DNA of 64,000 nt from Octopus vulgaris (taxonomy: Eukaryota). The stretch's first letter is position 1, and each line of letters opens with the position of its first letter. Positions 1 to 11,855 of the stretch are shown in pieces. The position numbers and the translations under genes are program-made. The DNA lies in the NCBI GenBank assembly GCA_951406725.2, contig OX597827.1:10230001-10294000 (forward strand). The letters run 5' to 3'. The notes beneath the pieces were generated by a model. That model saw only the letters and a program-made list of their open reading frames with translations, had not been told where the DNA came from and searched no databases.

Positions 1-48
1 CTTCACTTCAGCTTAGTAGATTCTACATATATATATATATTTTTTTTT

Positions 49-187
49 TTGGCGTTAGGAAGGGCATCCAGCCGTATAAACATTGCCAGATCAGACTGGG
101 CCTGGTGCAGCCTTCTGGCTTCCCAGACCCCAGTTGCACCGTCCAACCCATAGCAGCATGGAAAGCGGATGCTAAACGATGATGATG

Positions 188-189
<2 letters not shown>
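49..189 (+). mobile_element. Family A repeat (RTE-type 3' end with (GAT)n tail), 5'-truncated copy
   Basis: GGCGTTAGGAAGGGCATCCAGC...GCATGGAAAGCGGATGCTAAACGATGATGAT matches about 10 other copies in the window and ends in a GAT tail. Confidence 0.85.
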
Positions 190-218
<29 letters not shown>

Positions 219-242
219 TATACATACACATATATATTATAT

Positions 243-273
<31 letters not shown>

Positions 274-307
274 ATACATACATACATACATACATGCATA
301 CATACAA

Positions 308-338
<31 letters not shown>

Positions 339-1746
339 TCACATTTTAAAGGATTGTATTTTCTTTTTGTTATTCTTCCTTTTTCCTTGAGTCAAGCAGG
401 CATGATGGGTCAATAAGTAAACATCTTCGCTTTGCCTTACCTATAATCGTTATGTTTGGTCTATTATTTTCTAATTTCTTGTCCATTTAAATAAGAATGC
501 TATTATCATCATCATCATCATCATCATCATCATTATTATCATATCTTTTAACACAGCTAAGATCTTTAGCTGGATATGCAATAGGTACTCTTTATTAAGA
601 CACGAACACAAACAAATAGCTATTTTTTCAGGATGTCAGCAAATCCAAGAAATACCAGTTTCTATAAAAATACAATTTTAGGTGTTTATAGTGTTATATA
701 TAGCTTGTTGATGTATGCTGTTAACTCATTATGTCCCGTCTATTATTTTATAATCTCTTGTCCGTTTGAAAAGGAATATTATTATCATTAAAAAGAAACA
801 TTATTATTTCTAAATCTCTCAAAGAGAACTATTCAGTAACAGTACTTTAAAGTAAAGAGTATTTGCCATATGGCAGTCCTGGATGGGATGAATGTTACTG
901 TTGTTTAGCCCCAGGAAATGTCGTTTCCAGCTGGCTATACAACACAATATCTGTTTTCCTATATTTTCAAACAGGGGAGCTCAGCACCCCAATCCAGCAC
1001 AAAGCAACATCTGTGGGCTAGTTTCTGGGTTATTGTTCTTTATCAGCACAGAATAGTTGCTCGGCTAGACAATGCTGCTGAGTTCCCATTCGAAATTACT
1101 TAAATTTAAAAGTAACACACAGATACTGATCTAATAAAATAGAAACATTATTATTTCTAAATCTCTCAGAGAGAGATATTCAGTAACAACACCCAACAGA
1201 TTAGCCTGTTGGAAAAGAAAAGAATCCTAACATCGGGCTGCAACAAATTGCCTTAGATGAATAATACTTTTTTCTTTTGATTTGCATAATCTACATTGGG
1301 AAACTACTTAGTTTTTGTCTATTTTTGGTATGTATCCAATTAGTCCTTAAAGCTTGATCTTGTGCAGCTACTAACAAACTTCCTGCTTCAATCTTCAGCT
1401 TTCCCTTCTGCAGCCATAACCATGTCTCACAACTACTATTTGCAGAAATAGTATATTTCTACAAATAGTAGTTGTATATGTCTTTTATCTTTTTGGGATC
1501 AATAACATAAATACCAGTTGAGCACTGGGGTTGATGTAATCAACTTAGTCCCTTCCACAAAACTACTGACCTTGTGCCCAAATTTGAAGCTGGTAAATTA
1601 GCAGAGGCATGGCTGAGTGGTTAAGAAATTTGCTTTCCATCCATATGGTTTTCAGTTCAATCCCATTGTGTAATAAAATAAATTATTACCAGTGATCTAG
1701 CACAAAAGACAAATTAGTCATTAGACTATATGTACTTATATATATA

Positions 1747-2003
1747 TCATCATCATCATCATCATCATCGTTTAACGTCCGTTCTCCATGCTAGCATGGG
1801 TTGGACGGTTCGACCGGGGATCTGGGAAGCCAGAAGGCTGCACCAGGCTCCAGTCTTATCTGGCAATGTTTCTACAGCTGGATGCCCTTCCTAACGCCAA
1901 CCACTCCGTGAGTGTAGTGGGTGCTTTTTACGTGCCACCTGCACAGGTGCCAGGCGAGGCTGGCAATGGCCACGGTCAGATTGGTGTATTTTACGTGCCA
2001 CCA
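1747..2003 (-). mobile_element. Family A repeat copy
   Basis: (ATC)n then GTTTAACGTCCGTTCTCCATGCTAGCATGGG..., with two GGTGCTTTTTACGTGCCACC-like subrepeats. Confidence 0.9.
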
Positions 2004-2006
2004 TAA

Positions 2007-2043
<37 letters not shown>

Positions 2044-3444
2044 ATTACATGTGTGTTTGTGTGTGTGTTGTGTGTTGTGTGTTGTGTGCGCATATATATT
2101 TATATATAGATACATAAATATATGTCTGTGTGTTTGTGTGTGTGCTTGTGTATGTGTCTCCTTGCCTTGATGCTCTCTCATAACTGTAATTAAGTGTCAC
2201 CATCATACAGACAGTGCCCTTCATTTCCAATCCTTTGTGAATACATGTCCATCATGGGCAAATATTACCCTACTTGAAAACAGGTAAGGATTGGCAACAG
2301 GAAAGGCATCCAGCCAAAGAAAAATCACTACCTCCCTTCTTTTCCTCTCTCCCCTCTTTCTCTGCCTTCACCCCCCACACACACACACATAGACAGATAC
2401 ATATGAGTATAGAAATATGGATGTTAAATCAATAATGTTGATGATGTTTGGTATCATCTAATTGATGCAACCAGAGGATAATTAAAAAAACAAGGAACCA
2501 GAAATAACATTTCTGTGTAGTGGTTCCACTTGTAATGGAGTGTCACAGCAAACAACTCCATGAAACATCCTGTTCTTTAGCTACTAACTTTAGGTTCTAA
2601 ACTTAACCCTGAGCAGTTTAGAGGGTTCTCTCGCATAAGCTAAACATACTTCGGCAGGGCTAAATGCTTATAATATAAAGAGTAAACTGAGTGCCTAGAA
2701 GCGCATGAATGCGTAATGAACTTGAATGAATGAAAAAACAATAATGTACCAACCCAACTGCGCTGTATGTTTTTGTATTCTGTTTACAAACTAACTTGAA
2801 TACACTGTGATACGATCCATTATAATAAATATCCAGCATTGACAACAGATTCAGTCATATTCTTTGAATAATGAGTCCCTTTTACATTGAACAAATTAAT
2901 CAGGGGAAAAGCAATGGAAGAAAAAAGAAGAGGAAAATAAAACGAACGAAAGGAAACAAAAACAGATGAAAAATGCTTGTTTCTTTTCAGATAAAGATCT
3001 AATGGAGTTTGGCAATAATATGCTTTTCTTCTCATCTTTGATTGTTTTTATAACATATTTTCTTCTCCTAATGTCTTAAGGTTCTTAACACATGCAAATA
3101 AAGATACAAATACAATTATTTCGAGCATAATCACAGTAAAACTCTATCAGTGAATGCGAAAGATAACAAAAATTAATTCTCATTCACTATTCTTGACAAT
3201 AAGAATCAACCCGAAGAAAGATAGGATCTTACCATATTCTAATTCCTTTCTCTTTCCATTCCTCTCCCTGTGTTTCTTTTGTTCCCTTTTTACTCCATTT
3301 TGTTTATAATTTCCTTTTCCCTCCCTCTATTTTTAAAAAACTTTTCTACCTTCTTTCTACTGCTTTGGTTTTCTCATTGTTCTCCTTACCCATCTCTCTT
3401 TCTCTCTGTCTCTCTGTCTCTCTCTCTCCCTCCCTCTCTCTCTG

Positions 3445-3477
<33 letters not shown>

Positions 3478-3587
3478 ACTTTCAGACTGTCTCCATCATT
3501 TTCCTATCTTTTCATCTGTTCTCATTTTTCCCCCCTCACTTCCTCCCTTCTTTTCCTCTCTCTCCTCTTTCTCTGTCTTCACACACG

Positions 3588-3666
<79 letters not shown>

Positions 3667-3772
3667 CCACACAAACACACACACATACACACTCACACAC
3701 ACTCACACACATACACACACTCACACACACACACACACACACACAAACGCACACACATATACACATACCTTA

Positions 3773-3965
3773 ATTGGCACTCCATTGGTTATGATGACGT
3801 GTGTTCCAGTCGAGCCGTTCAACAGAACAACCTGCTCATGAAATTAACATGCAAATGGCTGAGCACTCCAGAAACACATGGACGCTTAAAGTAGTTCAGC
3901 AGAAGATTTTAGTGTTTCACAGAATGTGACAAGGCTGGCCTTTTGAAATAGAAGTACAACTCAGT
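3773..3965 (-). mobile_element. Family C SINE, diverged 3' fragment
   Basis: Similar to 5691-5880 (AACAGCCTGCTCGTGAAATTAAC...GGCTGAGCACTCC...GACAAGGCTGGCC). Confidence 0.7.
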
Positions 3966-4265
3966 CTTACCAACTCCATGGATTGGAGCAAGGTGAAACA
4001 GACTGCTTTGCGCAAAGACACAATGTGCCACCAGGAAGTGAACTCATGACCTTGTGATTGTGAGCTGAATATATACTCCACGAATTCACATGCCTTCGTG
4101 TATGTATACTATATAAGCACACACACAGAGGCATATATATATATATACGGTTTAAGTAATTGAGATTCAAGTGAATTCTAATGAATTCACATGAATATGG
4201 TCCTTAACTAGGATGCACCGGAAATCTATATGGTGTTAACCATACGACAAGTGGGGTGATTACAA

Positions 4266-4469
4266 ATAGGAAAAAAGCAACAAGAATGGATTAAAATATC
4301 GGTACAATTGTTTCGTACGAGGACATCTTTAATAAGCTTCAAAAAATGCAGTAAATATAGATGGCTCGTATGAGCCATCTATATTTACTGCATTTTTTGA
4401 AGCTTATTAAAGATGTCCTCGTACGAAACAATTGTACCGATATTTTAATCCATTCTTGTTGCTTTTTTC

Positions 4470-4473
<4 letters not shown>
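4266..4473. repeat. Perfect palindrome, 102-bp arms with 4-nt loop (GTAT)
   Basis: 4266-4367 reads as the reverse complement of 4372-4473 with no mismatch found; abuts a (TA)n tract. Confidence 0.95.
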
Positions 4474-4505
<32 letters not shown>

Positions 4506-4830
4506 ACACCTCTATTATATAAAATCCGTTCTGTCTGTGTGTGTGTCTTCTAGGATCTTGGGCATCCTCCATCTGATTGTGCTGAAATTTGATATGTAGA
4601 TACATTGTTTTGAATTTATCCTGCATTATTTTGCAGCCTTGACATTTTGATTATGCAACTGTTTATGTTCAAAATGACATTCTAGGGTAGGTGTGAGATG
4701 CTAGGTCTGGCCAGTTTGAACATTAAACATGTAGAATAATTTGGGCGGACATGACCAGTTTAAATACTAATGGGTTAAAGCATTGGACCCCTAGACCTAT
4801 AAGGTTCTAGGGACCCAATTGTAATCTAAG

Positions 4831-5128
4831 GGTGCTTATGTATTTTTGTCCAACGTCACTTTGTCAAATTTCTTTTCGTCCATATCTTTTCATCCAACAT
4901 TTTTTTGTCCTATGATTTTTTTTGTCCAACAACAAACCCTATCAATAAAATTCTCAATGATTATTTGATTTTGATGTTCACTTTGTTTTCTAATGAGTTT
5001 ATTTAAAATTAGACAAAAAATCGTTGGACAAAAAAAAAAATCATTGGACAAAAGAAAAATCATTGGACAAAAAGATATCAGACCAAAAGACGTGGACGAA
5101 ATGACAATGGGCGTAAAGTTGGGTCACA
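4831..5128. mobile_element. Foldback/Mutator-like MITE
   Basis: Arrays of TTGTCCA-like motifs on the left mirrored by TGGACAA-like motifs on the right; flanking direct repeat GTAATCTAAG at 4821-4830 and 5129-5138 (9-10 bp TSD typical of MULE-type elements). Confidence 0.75.
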
Positions 5129-5690
5129 GTAATCTAAGTATACTGTGATTTGCTGTCAGTACATAAATACTGTAAGACCGAGTGCATTGATTTGCTCAAG
5201 GGCTCGTTATATTGTTAAGATGCTCCTTCTTTTAGCCAAACAGTGAGCTTTTGTGAAATCACACCGCTTGCTAGAAATAGCAACAAAATCTCTCTGAAAT
5301 CTCATTCTTCTGTCTAAAGAAAAATGAATAAAAAAGAAAATAGGATGGACACGTTGGGTGTTCTTGACTGAATTAAAATCCCAATAAAGATGAGATGGGG
5401 ATAGCTGGAATGCCTTTGATCACATATTTGCTTAATCAAGACTGACTTAGGCTGAAGCATTGACAACAACAGAAATGGTAACTGTTGTCCAAATCATTTC
5501 GAAATTACAAAGAACTTTTACATTAGATATCCAGTTTCGTGAACACAGAACCCCATTGCTATCACTGCAGTGACGGACTATTTTGTTATATCAAGGGACA
5601 GTAAAATTCCATGACTGGAGTCAGGACACACACACACATGTGCGTATGCATTCACACATACATATACACAAACATACATACATGCATACA

Positions 5691-6070
5691 TGGAAGCACT
5701 CTGTCGGTTACGACGACGAGGGTTCCGGTTGATCCGAATCAACGGAACAGCCTGCTTGTGAAATTAACATGTAAGTGGCTGAGCACTCCGCAGACACGTG
5801 CACCCTTAACGTAGTTCTCGGAGATATTCAGCGTGACACAGACAGTGACAAGGCCGGCCCTTTGAAATACAGGTGCAACAGAAACAGGAAGTAAGAGTGA
5901 GAGAAAGTTGTGAAAGAGTACAGCAGGGATCACCACCATCCCCTGCCGGAGCCTCATTGAGCTTTAGGTGTTTTCGCTCAATAAACACTCACAACGCCCG
6001 GTCTGGGAATCGAAACCGCGATGCTATGACCGCGAGTCCACTGCCCTAACCACTGGGCCATTGCGCCTCC
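5691..6070 (-). mobile_element. Family C tRNA-derived SINE, full length
   Basis: Reverse complement of 58057-58442; head GGAGGCGCAATGGCCCAGTGGTTAGGGC...GGTTTCGATTCCC carries Pol III A/B-box-like motifs; sits in a (TACA)n tract. Confidence 0.9.
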
Positions 6071-6269
6071 ATATGCATGCATACATACAGACATACATAC
6101 ATACATGTACGTATATGTGTGTATGCATATACATACGTACGTACATACATACATACATACATACATACACACATACATACATACATGCATGCATTCATAC
6201 ATACATACATACATACATACATACATACATACATGCATGCATTCATACATACATACATACATACATACA

Positions 6270-6300
<31 letters not shown>

Positions 6301-6740
6301 GCATACCTGAACCCCAATAGCTCTCAGTAATGACTTTATCCCTATCAAAGACTATCTTAAGGCACAAAACAGCCAGGAGAAGTTCAGAAAGAAAAACAGA
6401 CAAATAAAACAAGGTCATGAGAGAAAATTCCTGATAGAATTCAGAATTCGGTACCAATAATTATTTTCAAAAATCTAGATGACTAAATTAAGTTCCAGAG
6501 GGGGAAAAATGACAGGTGTTATTGATAAGTTTGTGGTATAGTCCAATGACCTAGTATCAGCAAGAATTCAGTACTAATAATTTATTCTTGTCTCTTGGAG
6601 CATAATTAATGGATCTTGCTGACAGGAATATGGTCTAATCTTATGACCCGCTTTCCAGCAAGGATTTGGTGCTGATAAGATATTCTCAGCCAAATAGATG
6701 ACTAAAAGAAGGTCTTGAGGTGATATTAATAGATGTTATT

Positions 6741-7692
6741 GGCGGCAAGCTGGCAGAAATGTTAGCATGCTGGGTAAAATGCTTAGCGGTATTTTCATCT
6801 GTCTTTATGTTCTGAGTTTACATTCTGTTGTTTTTTTTTGGTTATTTTTACTAATCAAAATATGGTCAGTAAAATAACTAATATGGTTATTTTACTCCTC
6901 GTGTTAGTAAATTTACAAAAGGCAAAAAGAATTTCGTTATTTTTATTATAACCATATTTTGGTTAATTTTACTATTTTGTTGTATTGGGTTGTCTGGAAA
7001 GTTTGTGCCAATTTATAGTAGCTTACCTTTCGATTTATTTTAGAACATGGTTGAGTTCATAAAATAAGATTTGACTACACCTCCATTTAGAGCACAGTTT
7101 AAGCTATCTTTTCGTGGAAGAAGGTTTATGTTCTTATAACCTGTATTAATTCTGTAACCCTTTAAAATGGAAGATAAGAAAGTTCATTTTAGGCACTTGT
7201 TGCTTTGGGAACCAGACAAAAATTGCTGCAGCTGGGCTGGGATGTGTTACTCCACCCTCCATATTCACCAGATATTGCTCCTTTGGATTTCCACTTATTC
7301 AGGTCTCTGCAGAATAGTCTTAATGGTAAAAATTTTAATTCCTTGGATGACATAAAAAGATACCTTAATGAATTCTTTGCCTTGAAACCACCTCAATTCT
7401 GGGAAGAGGGTATTTTCAAGTTAAAGGAAAGATGGAGACGCATTGTGCAACAAAATGGGTCATATTTATTTGATTAAAAATGTAATGGCAAGTATTTATT
7501 GACCTTTTACTTTCCTTTAAGAATCGGCGCGAACTTTCCGGACAACCCAATATTAATAATATGGTTGATTTTTAACTGTTATACTTTCGTCCTTTTGGGT
7601 TTGATAAATTAAGTACCAGTTGCATACTCTAATCAACTGCCTCCCCCTCTTCCCCCCAAATTTTGGGCCTTGTGCCTAGAGTAGAAAAGAAT
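6741..7692 (+). mobile_element. Family D SINE split by nested insertions (head about 6741-6827, body about 7584-7692)
   Basis: GGCGGCAAGCTGGCAGAAATGTTAGC head and TTTCGTCCTTTTGGGTTTGATAAATTAAGTACCAGTT body match the intact copy at 36268-36504. Confidence 0.75.
6985..7550 (+). mobile_element. Internally deleted mariner transposon (probably mellifera-like subfamily)
   Basis: TIRs TTGGGTTGTCTGGAAAGTTTGTGCCAATT / AATCGGCGCGAACTTTCCGGACAACCCAA and TA duplication (6983-84, 7551-52). The N-terminus MEDKKVHFRHLLLWE (7167) is joined out of frame to the C-terminal LGWDVLLHPPYSPDIAPLDFHLFRSLQNSL...ERWRRIVQQNGSY (to 7477). Confidence 0.93.
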
Positions 7693-7925
7693 ATGGTATA
7701 AACCAAAAACTCAGTATCAGCAAGGATTCAATGCTCTTAATAATTGTTTTATAATTAAAGCTCAGCATCAGCAGTTTGTAGAGAGGTCAATTTATTTTAC
7801 TGATCTTTATTTTATCAACATGAAAGGATGAAAGGCAAATTTGACCTTATCAAATGGAAGAGAAGGTGAAAATTAATAGAATCAACATCATCATATTACT
7901 TGTATTAATTTCATCAACCTCCGTG

Positions 7926-8750
7926 GTATAACAATTAAAATCAACCATATTATTAATGTAACAAAATAGTAAAAATAACCAAAATATGGTTATAATAAAA
8001 ATAACAAAATTCTTTTTGCATTTTGTAAATTTACTAACATGAGGAGTAAAAGAAAAACATATTAGTTATTTTACTAACCATATTTTGATTAGTAAAAATT
8101 ACTAACATATAGTTAGAGTGAAAATAACTATATGCTCTTTTACTCTTTTACTTGTTTCAGTCATTTGACTGCAGCCATGCTGGAGCACCACCTTTAGTCG
8201 AGCAAATCGCCCCCAGGACTTATTGTTTGTAAGCCTAGTACTTGTTCTATCGGTCTCTTTTGCTGAACCGCTAAGCTACAGGGACGTTAACACACCAGCA
8301 TCGGTTGTCAAGCGATGTTGGGAGGAGGGGGAGGCAAACACAGACACGCAAACACACACACATATATATACATATACATATATATGACGGGCTTCTTTCA
8401 GTTTCCGCCTACCAAATCCCGAGGCTATAGTAGAAAACACTTGCCCAAGGTGCCACGCAGTGGGACTGAACCCAGAACCATGTGGTTGGTAAGCAAGCTA
8501 CTAACCCTAACCACACAGTCATTCCTGTGCCTGGTTATAATAAAAACAAAATTCTTTTTACATTTTATATTTTGTTTAGTAAAAATAACCAAAATATGGC
8601 TATAGTGAAAAAAACATATTCTGGTTATTCTTCCTAACCAAAATATAACTAATATAGTTATTTTACTCTTCATATTCGTAAAATAACAAAATGCAAAAAG
8701 GATTTAGTTATTTTTCAACAAAATCCTTTATGCGTTTCCCTTACAATGTA
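7926..8750. mobile_element. AT-rich subrepeat element (non-autonomous DNA transposon-like), interrupted by a Family B SINE
   Basis: Recurring AAAATAACCAAAATATGG / TAGTTATTTTTAC motifs; 7926-8100 is the inverted copy of 6840-7583 once the mariner is removed. Confidence 0.6.
8135..8532 (-). mobile_element. Family B tRNA-derived SINE
   Basis: Reverse complement of 10256-10670 with a small internal deletion. Confidence 0.9.
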
Positions 8751-9519
8751 AAAAGAAAAAAGCTAAAATGTTTATATTTTTCAGGCAAAGAAATGCGACT
8801 CAAAACAATACTGTCTATGGTAATCATTGTATGGCCTGTACTATATAGACTAACATTACTTATGATGAAGGGATTTTGTGCCTGAGATATATAAAGGTTA
8901 TAAAGCTTTTCCCTTTTTGCATTGTAAGAAGCTCTTTAGCTTTTTTTTTTTTTTTTTTTACTTCTTTATTACAATACTTCGAGCAGGCTACAAATGCTCT
9001 TAAACCATATCAGTATGTAAAATCAGAATAGAGAGGGATAAAACTAAATACTGTAGAACGTACAGAAAGTAATGACAGGTTCATGTACATTTTCAATTAT
9101 GCCACCATCCTCTGATAATTATCTCTCTCCGCTTTGACTGTTGTCCACTCCCAGCATGTGTATCATCTTGAGACGTTCTTCTCCTCTCATGCAATGTTCA
9201 CTACAAGAGGGCAATTTTGCTGAGGGTGCACTGGTACCAAACATAGTTGAAGATGTTGATATATCATGGAATAATATTGTTTTTTGATAAGTTCTTGAAA
9301 AGGTTAGTAAGAGATCAAACTTTTTTTCGCACGTGCAAACTGTGTACATCTGTCATTAAGACAAGATGAATGGACATGAATTTGGGAAAAGTTTTTGTGC
9401 TGTGTGTGTCTGTGCAGGTATATGCAATGCATGTGTGTATGTAGGCGTTTGTGATGTATGTTTGTGTATATATATATATGTATGTGCATATATCTATGTA
9501 TATATGTTTTTTACATGCT

Positions 9520-9985
9520 TCCTGTTATTAGCCTGCAGCAAAGCTGGGACACTGCTTTGAAGAATTTTTAGTCGAGTGAATAAACCCAAGGACTTATTTT
9601 TATTAAACCTGGTACTTATTCTATCAGTCGTTTTTGCCAAACCATTAAGACATGGGGACATAAACACACCAACACTGGTCATTAAGACATGGGGACAAAA
9701 ACACACACACACAGGTACAAAGACATATACATAGGTACAAAGACGTACACACTACACACACACACATGCACACACGCACAAACACACACACACACACACG
9801 AACACATACACACATATATTCAACAGGCTTGTTTTAGTTTCTGTCTACCAAAACCACTCACAGGTCTTTGGTTGGTCTGAGGCTATAATAGAAAATATTT
9901 GCCCAAGGTGCTACACAGTGGGATTGAACCCAGAACCATATGGTTGGGAAGCAAGCTTCTTACCATGCAGCCAAGCCTGTGCCTA
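9520..9985 (-). mobile_element. Family B SINE, older diverged copy
   Basis: Same block order as other Family B copies (tail, GGTACTTATTCTATC, (CA)n, GCCCAAGGTGC, GGGATTGAACCC). Confidence 0.75.
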
Positions 9986-10255
9986 TATGAGCATGTATAT
10001 ATATGTACATATGTATGCATTCTAGTATGTGCATATGTCATATGAATGCATATATATTTGCACATGTATGCTGAAAGCCAGTGGCTGTTAATATAAATGC
10101 TAAGTGTGATATTTGTGTCACTCAAATTAAACAACCTCTTATTTCATTCAATATCAAAAATGCAAATGAACCAGTGACTGACCTTTGGAAACATATAACC
10201 GATGATTCTATTTTCCCCCTGATATGGTACAAAAGAAACAAAAATAAATCTGATT

Positions 10256-10670
10256 AGGCGCAGGAGTGGCTGTGTGGTAAGTAGCTTGCTTACCAGCCAC
10301 ATGGTTCCGGGTTCAGTTCCACTGCATGGCATCTTGGGCAAATGTCTTCTGCTATAGTCCCGGGCCGACCAATGCTTTGTGAGTGGATTTGGTGGACAGA
10401 AACTGAAAGAAGCCCGTCGTGTATATGTATATATATATATATGTATGTGTGTGTATGTGTTTGTGTGTCTGTGTTTGTCTCCCTAGCATTGCTTGACAAC
10501 CGATGCTGGTGTGTTTACGTCCCCGTCACTTAGCGGTTCAGCAAAAGAGACTGATAGAATAAGTACTGGGCTTACAAAGAATAAGTCCCGGGGTCGAGTT
10601 GCTCGATTAAAGGCGGTGCTCCAGCATGGCCGCAGTCAAATGACTGAAACAAGTAAAAGAGTAAAAGAGT
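10256..10670 (+). mobile_element. Family B tRNA-derived SINE, full length
   Basis: A-box-like GTGGCTGTGTGGTAAG, B-box-like GGTTCAGTTCC, CTTGGGCAAATG core-like block, internal (TA)n(TG)n, 3' GGCGGTGCTCCAGCATGGCCGCAGTCAAATGACTGAAAC then (AGTAAAAG)n tail. Confidence 0.92.
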
Positions 10671-11820
10671 ATTGGCTTATTTTGAATTCTGTGCTCTGTA
10701 GCTTTCTCTTCTGGTCATTTTCTGGGGAAAATGTTAAAGCTAAGATTAATAAGAATTGAGTTCCAAATTGTAAGCCAAAAACCTCTGTTGCCAGACATCA
10801 TTAAACTTCCAGGTTTTCTAATAGCTTTTTATGTCTTCCTGTATTTTGTTTCTTCTTATTAAGGCTACCAAGAAAAAAATAAGAACAATCTATTTATTGA
10901 GCTCCCATGCAGTTTCTTGACAGATGAAATTTCAATCACAAAGTTTTAGGCAACCTGAAGTGCTGCACAATACAGTTAAACTTGAAACCAGGTACTCATG
11001 TTCATATGTATCCTGATTGTGGAGTTGCTGAGGTATTACTGCCTTGTCCTCATCACTGATGATACTAGATACTGATTAGAATCTGGCATCATCTGTGGAC
11101 AGCTAAACATTCCCAAAGTGACTATCAGCTGGCCTCTAAATAAAATATCTAACGTCAGATATGTTAACGCTAATGTTATCAGAAACACTTTGGCTAGTTA
11201 AAGCAAAAAGGATAATAATGATAAAAATGATAACGATAATGATGATGATGATGATGATGATAAAGATGAATTATCCAAATACATATTTTGATAAAACAAA
11301 ACTAAAAGAGAAAATTAGTCCTTTGTTGTTTTTTTTTGTTTTCTGTTTTTGTTTTTATTTAAATGTCAACGTAACCAGAGAGGTGTGAAAACCATAGCAA
11401 ATGCTTATCAACATCTGAAATGATACATTTCCTCTGACTAATCATTTTCATAACAGAAATATCAGTAAGTGAAAGGAAAATTGGACAACCATCAAGCCAA
11501 CCAGCCAACCGTGGTTATGCGTATATATTTCACTACTTACAGGATGAGGCAATTTGCAGCGTTTGAGGGCAAGACATTTCTCAGTTTACCCAGCTAAGCT
11601 GTGAAAAACAATATAGAGTAGATGGTATAGATTTCTAAGTATAGCACGTAGTTAATTGATTAAAGCTCTATCCAGGAAGAATTGTTCCGCATCTCTAAAA
11701 TGAAATTAAACCCTGCTGCTTAGGACCCATGTCTTTCCTTCATCTTGAAAAAATACTTTTTTTCCATCTACTTTTCTGCCTATGATAGTAAATTAGTTGA
11801 CTGACACTATTAAGGTTTAT

Positions 11821-11822
<2 letters not shown>

Positions 11823-11855
<33 letters not shown>

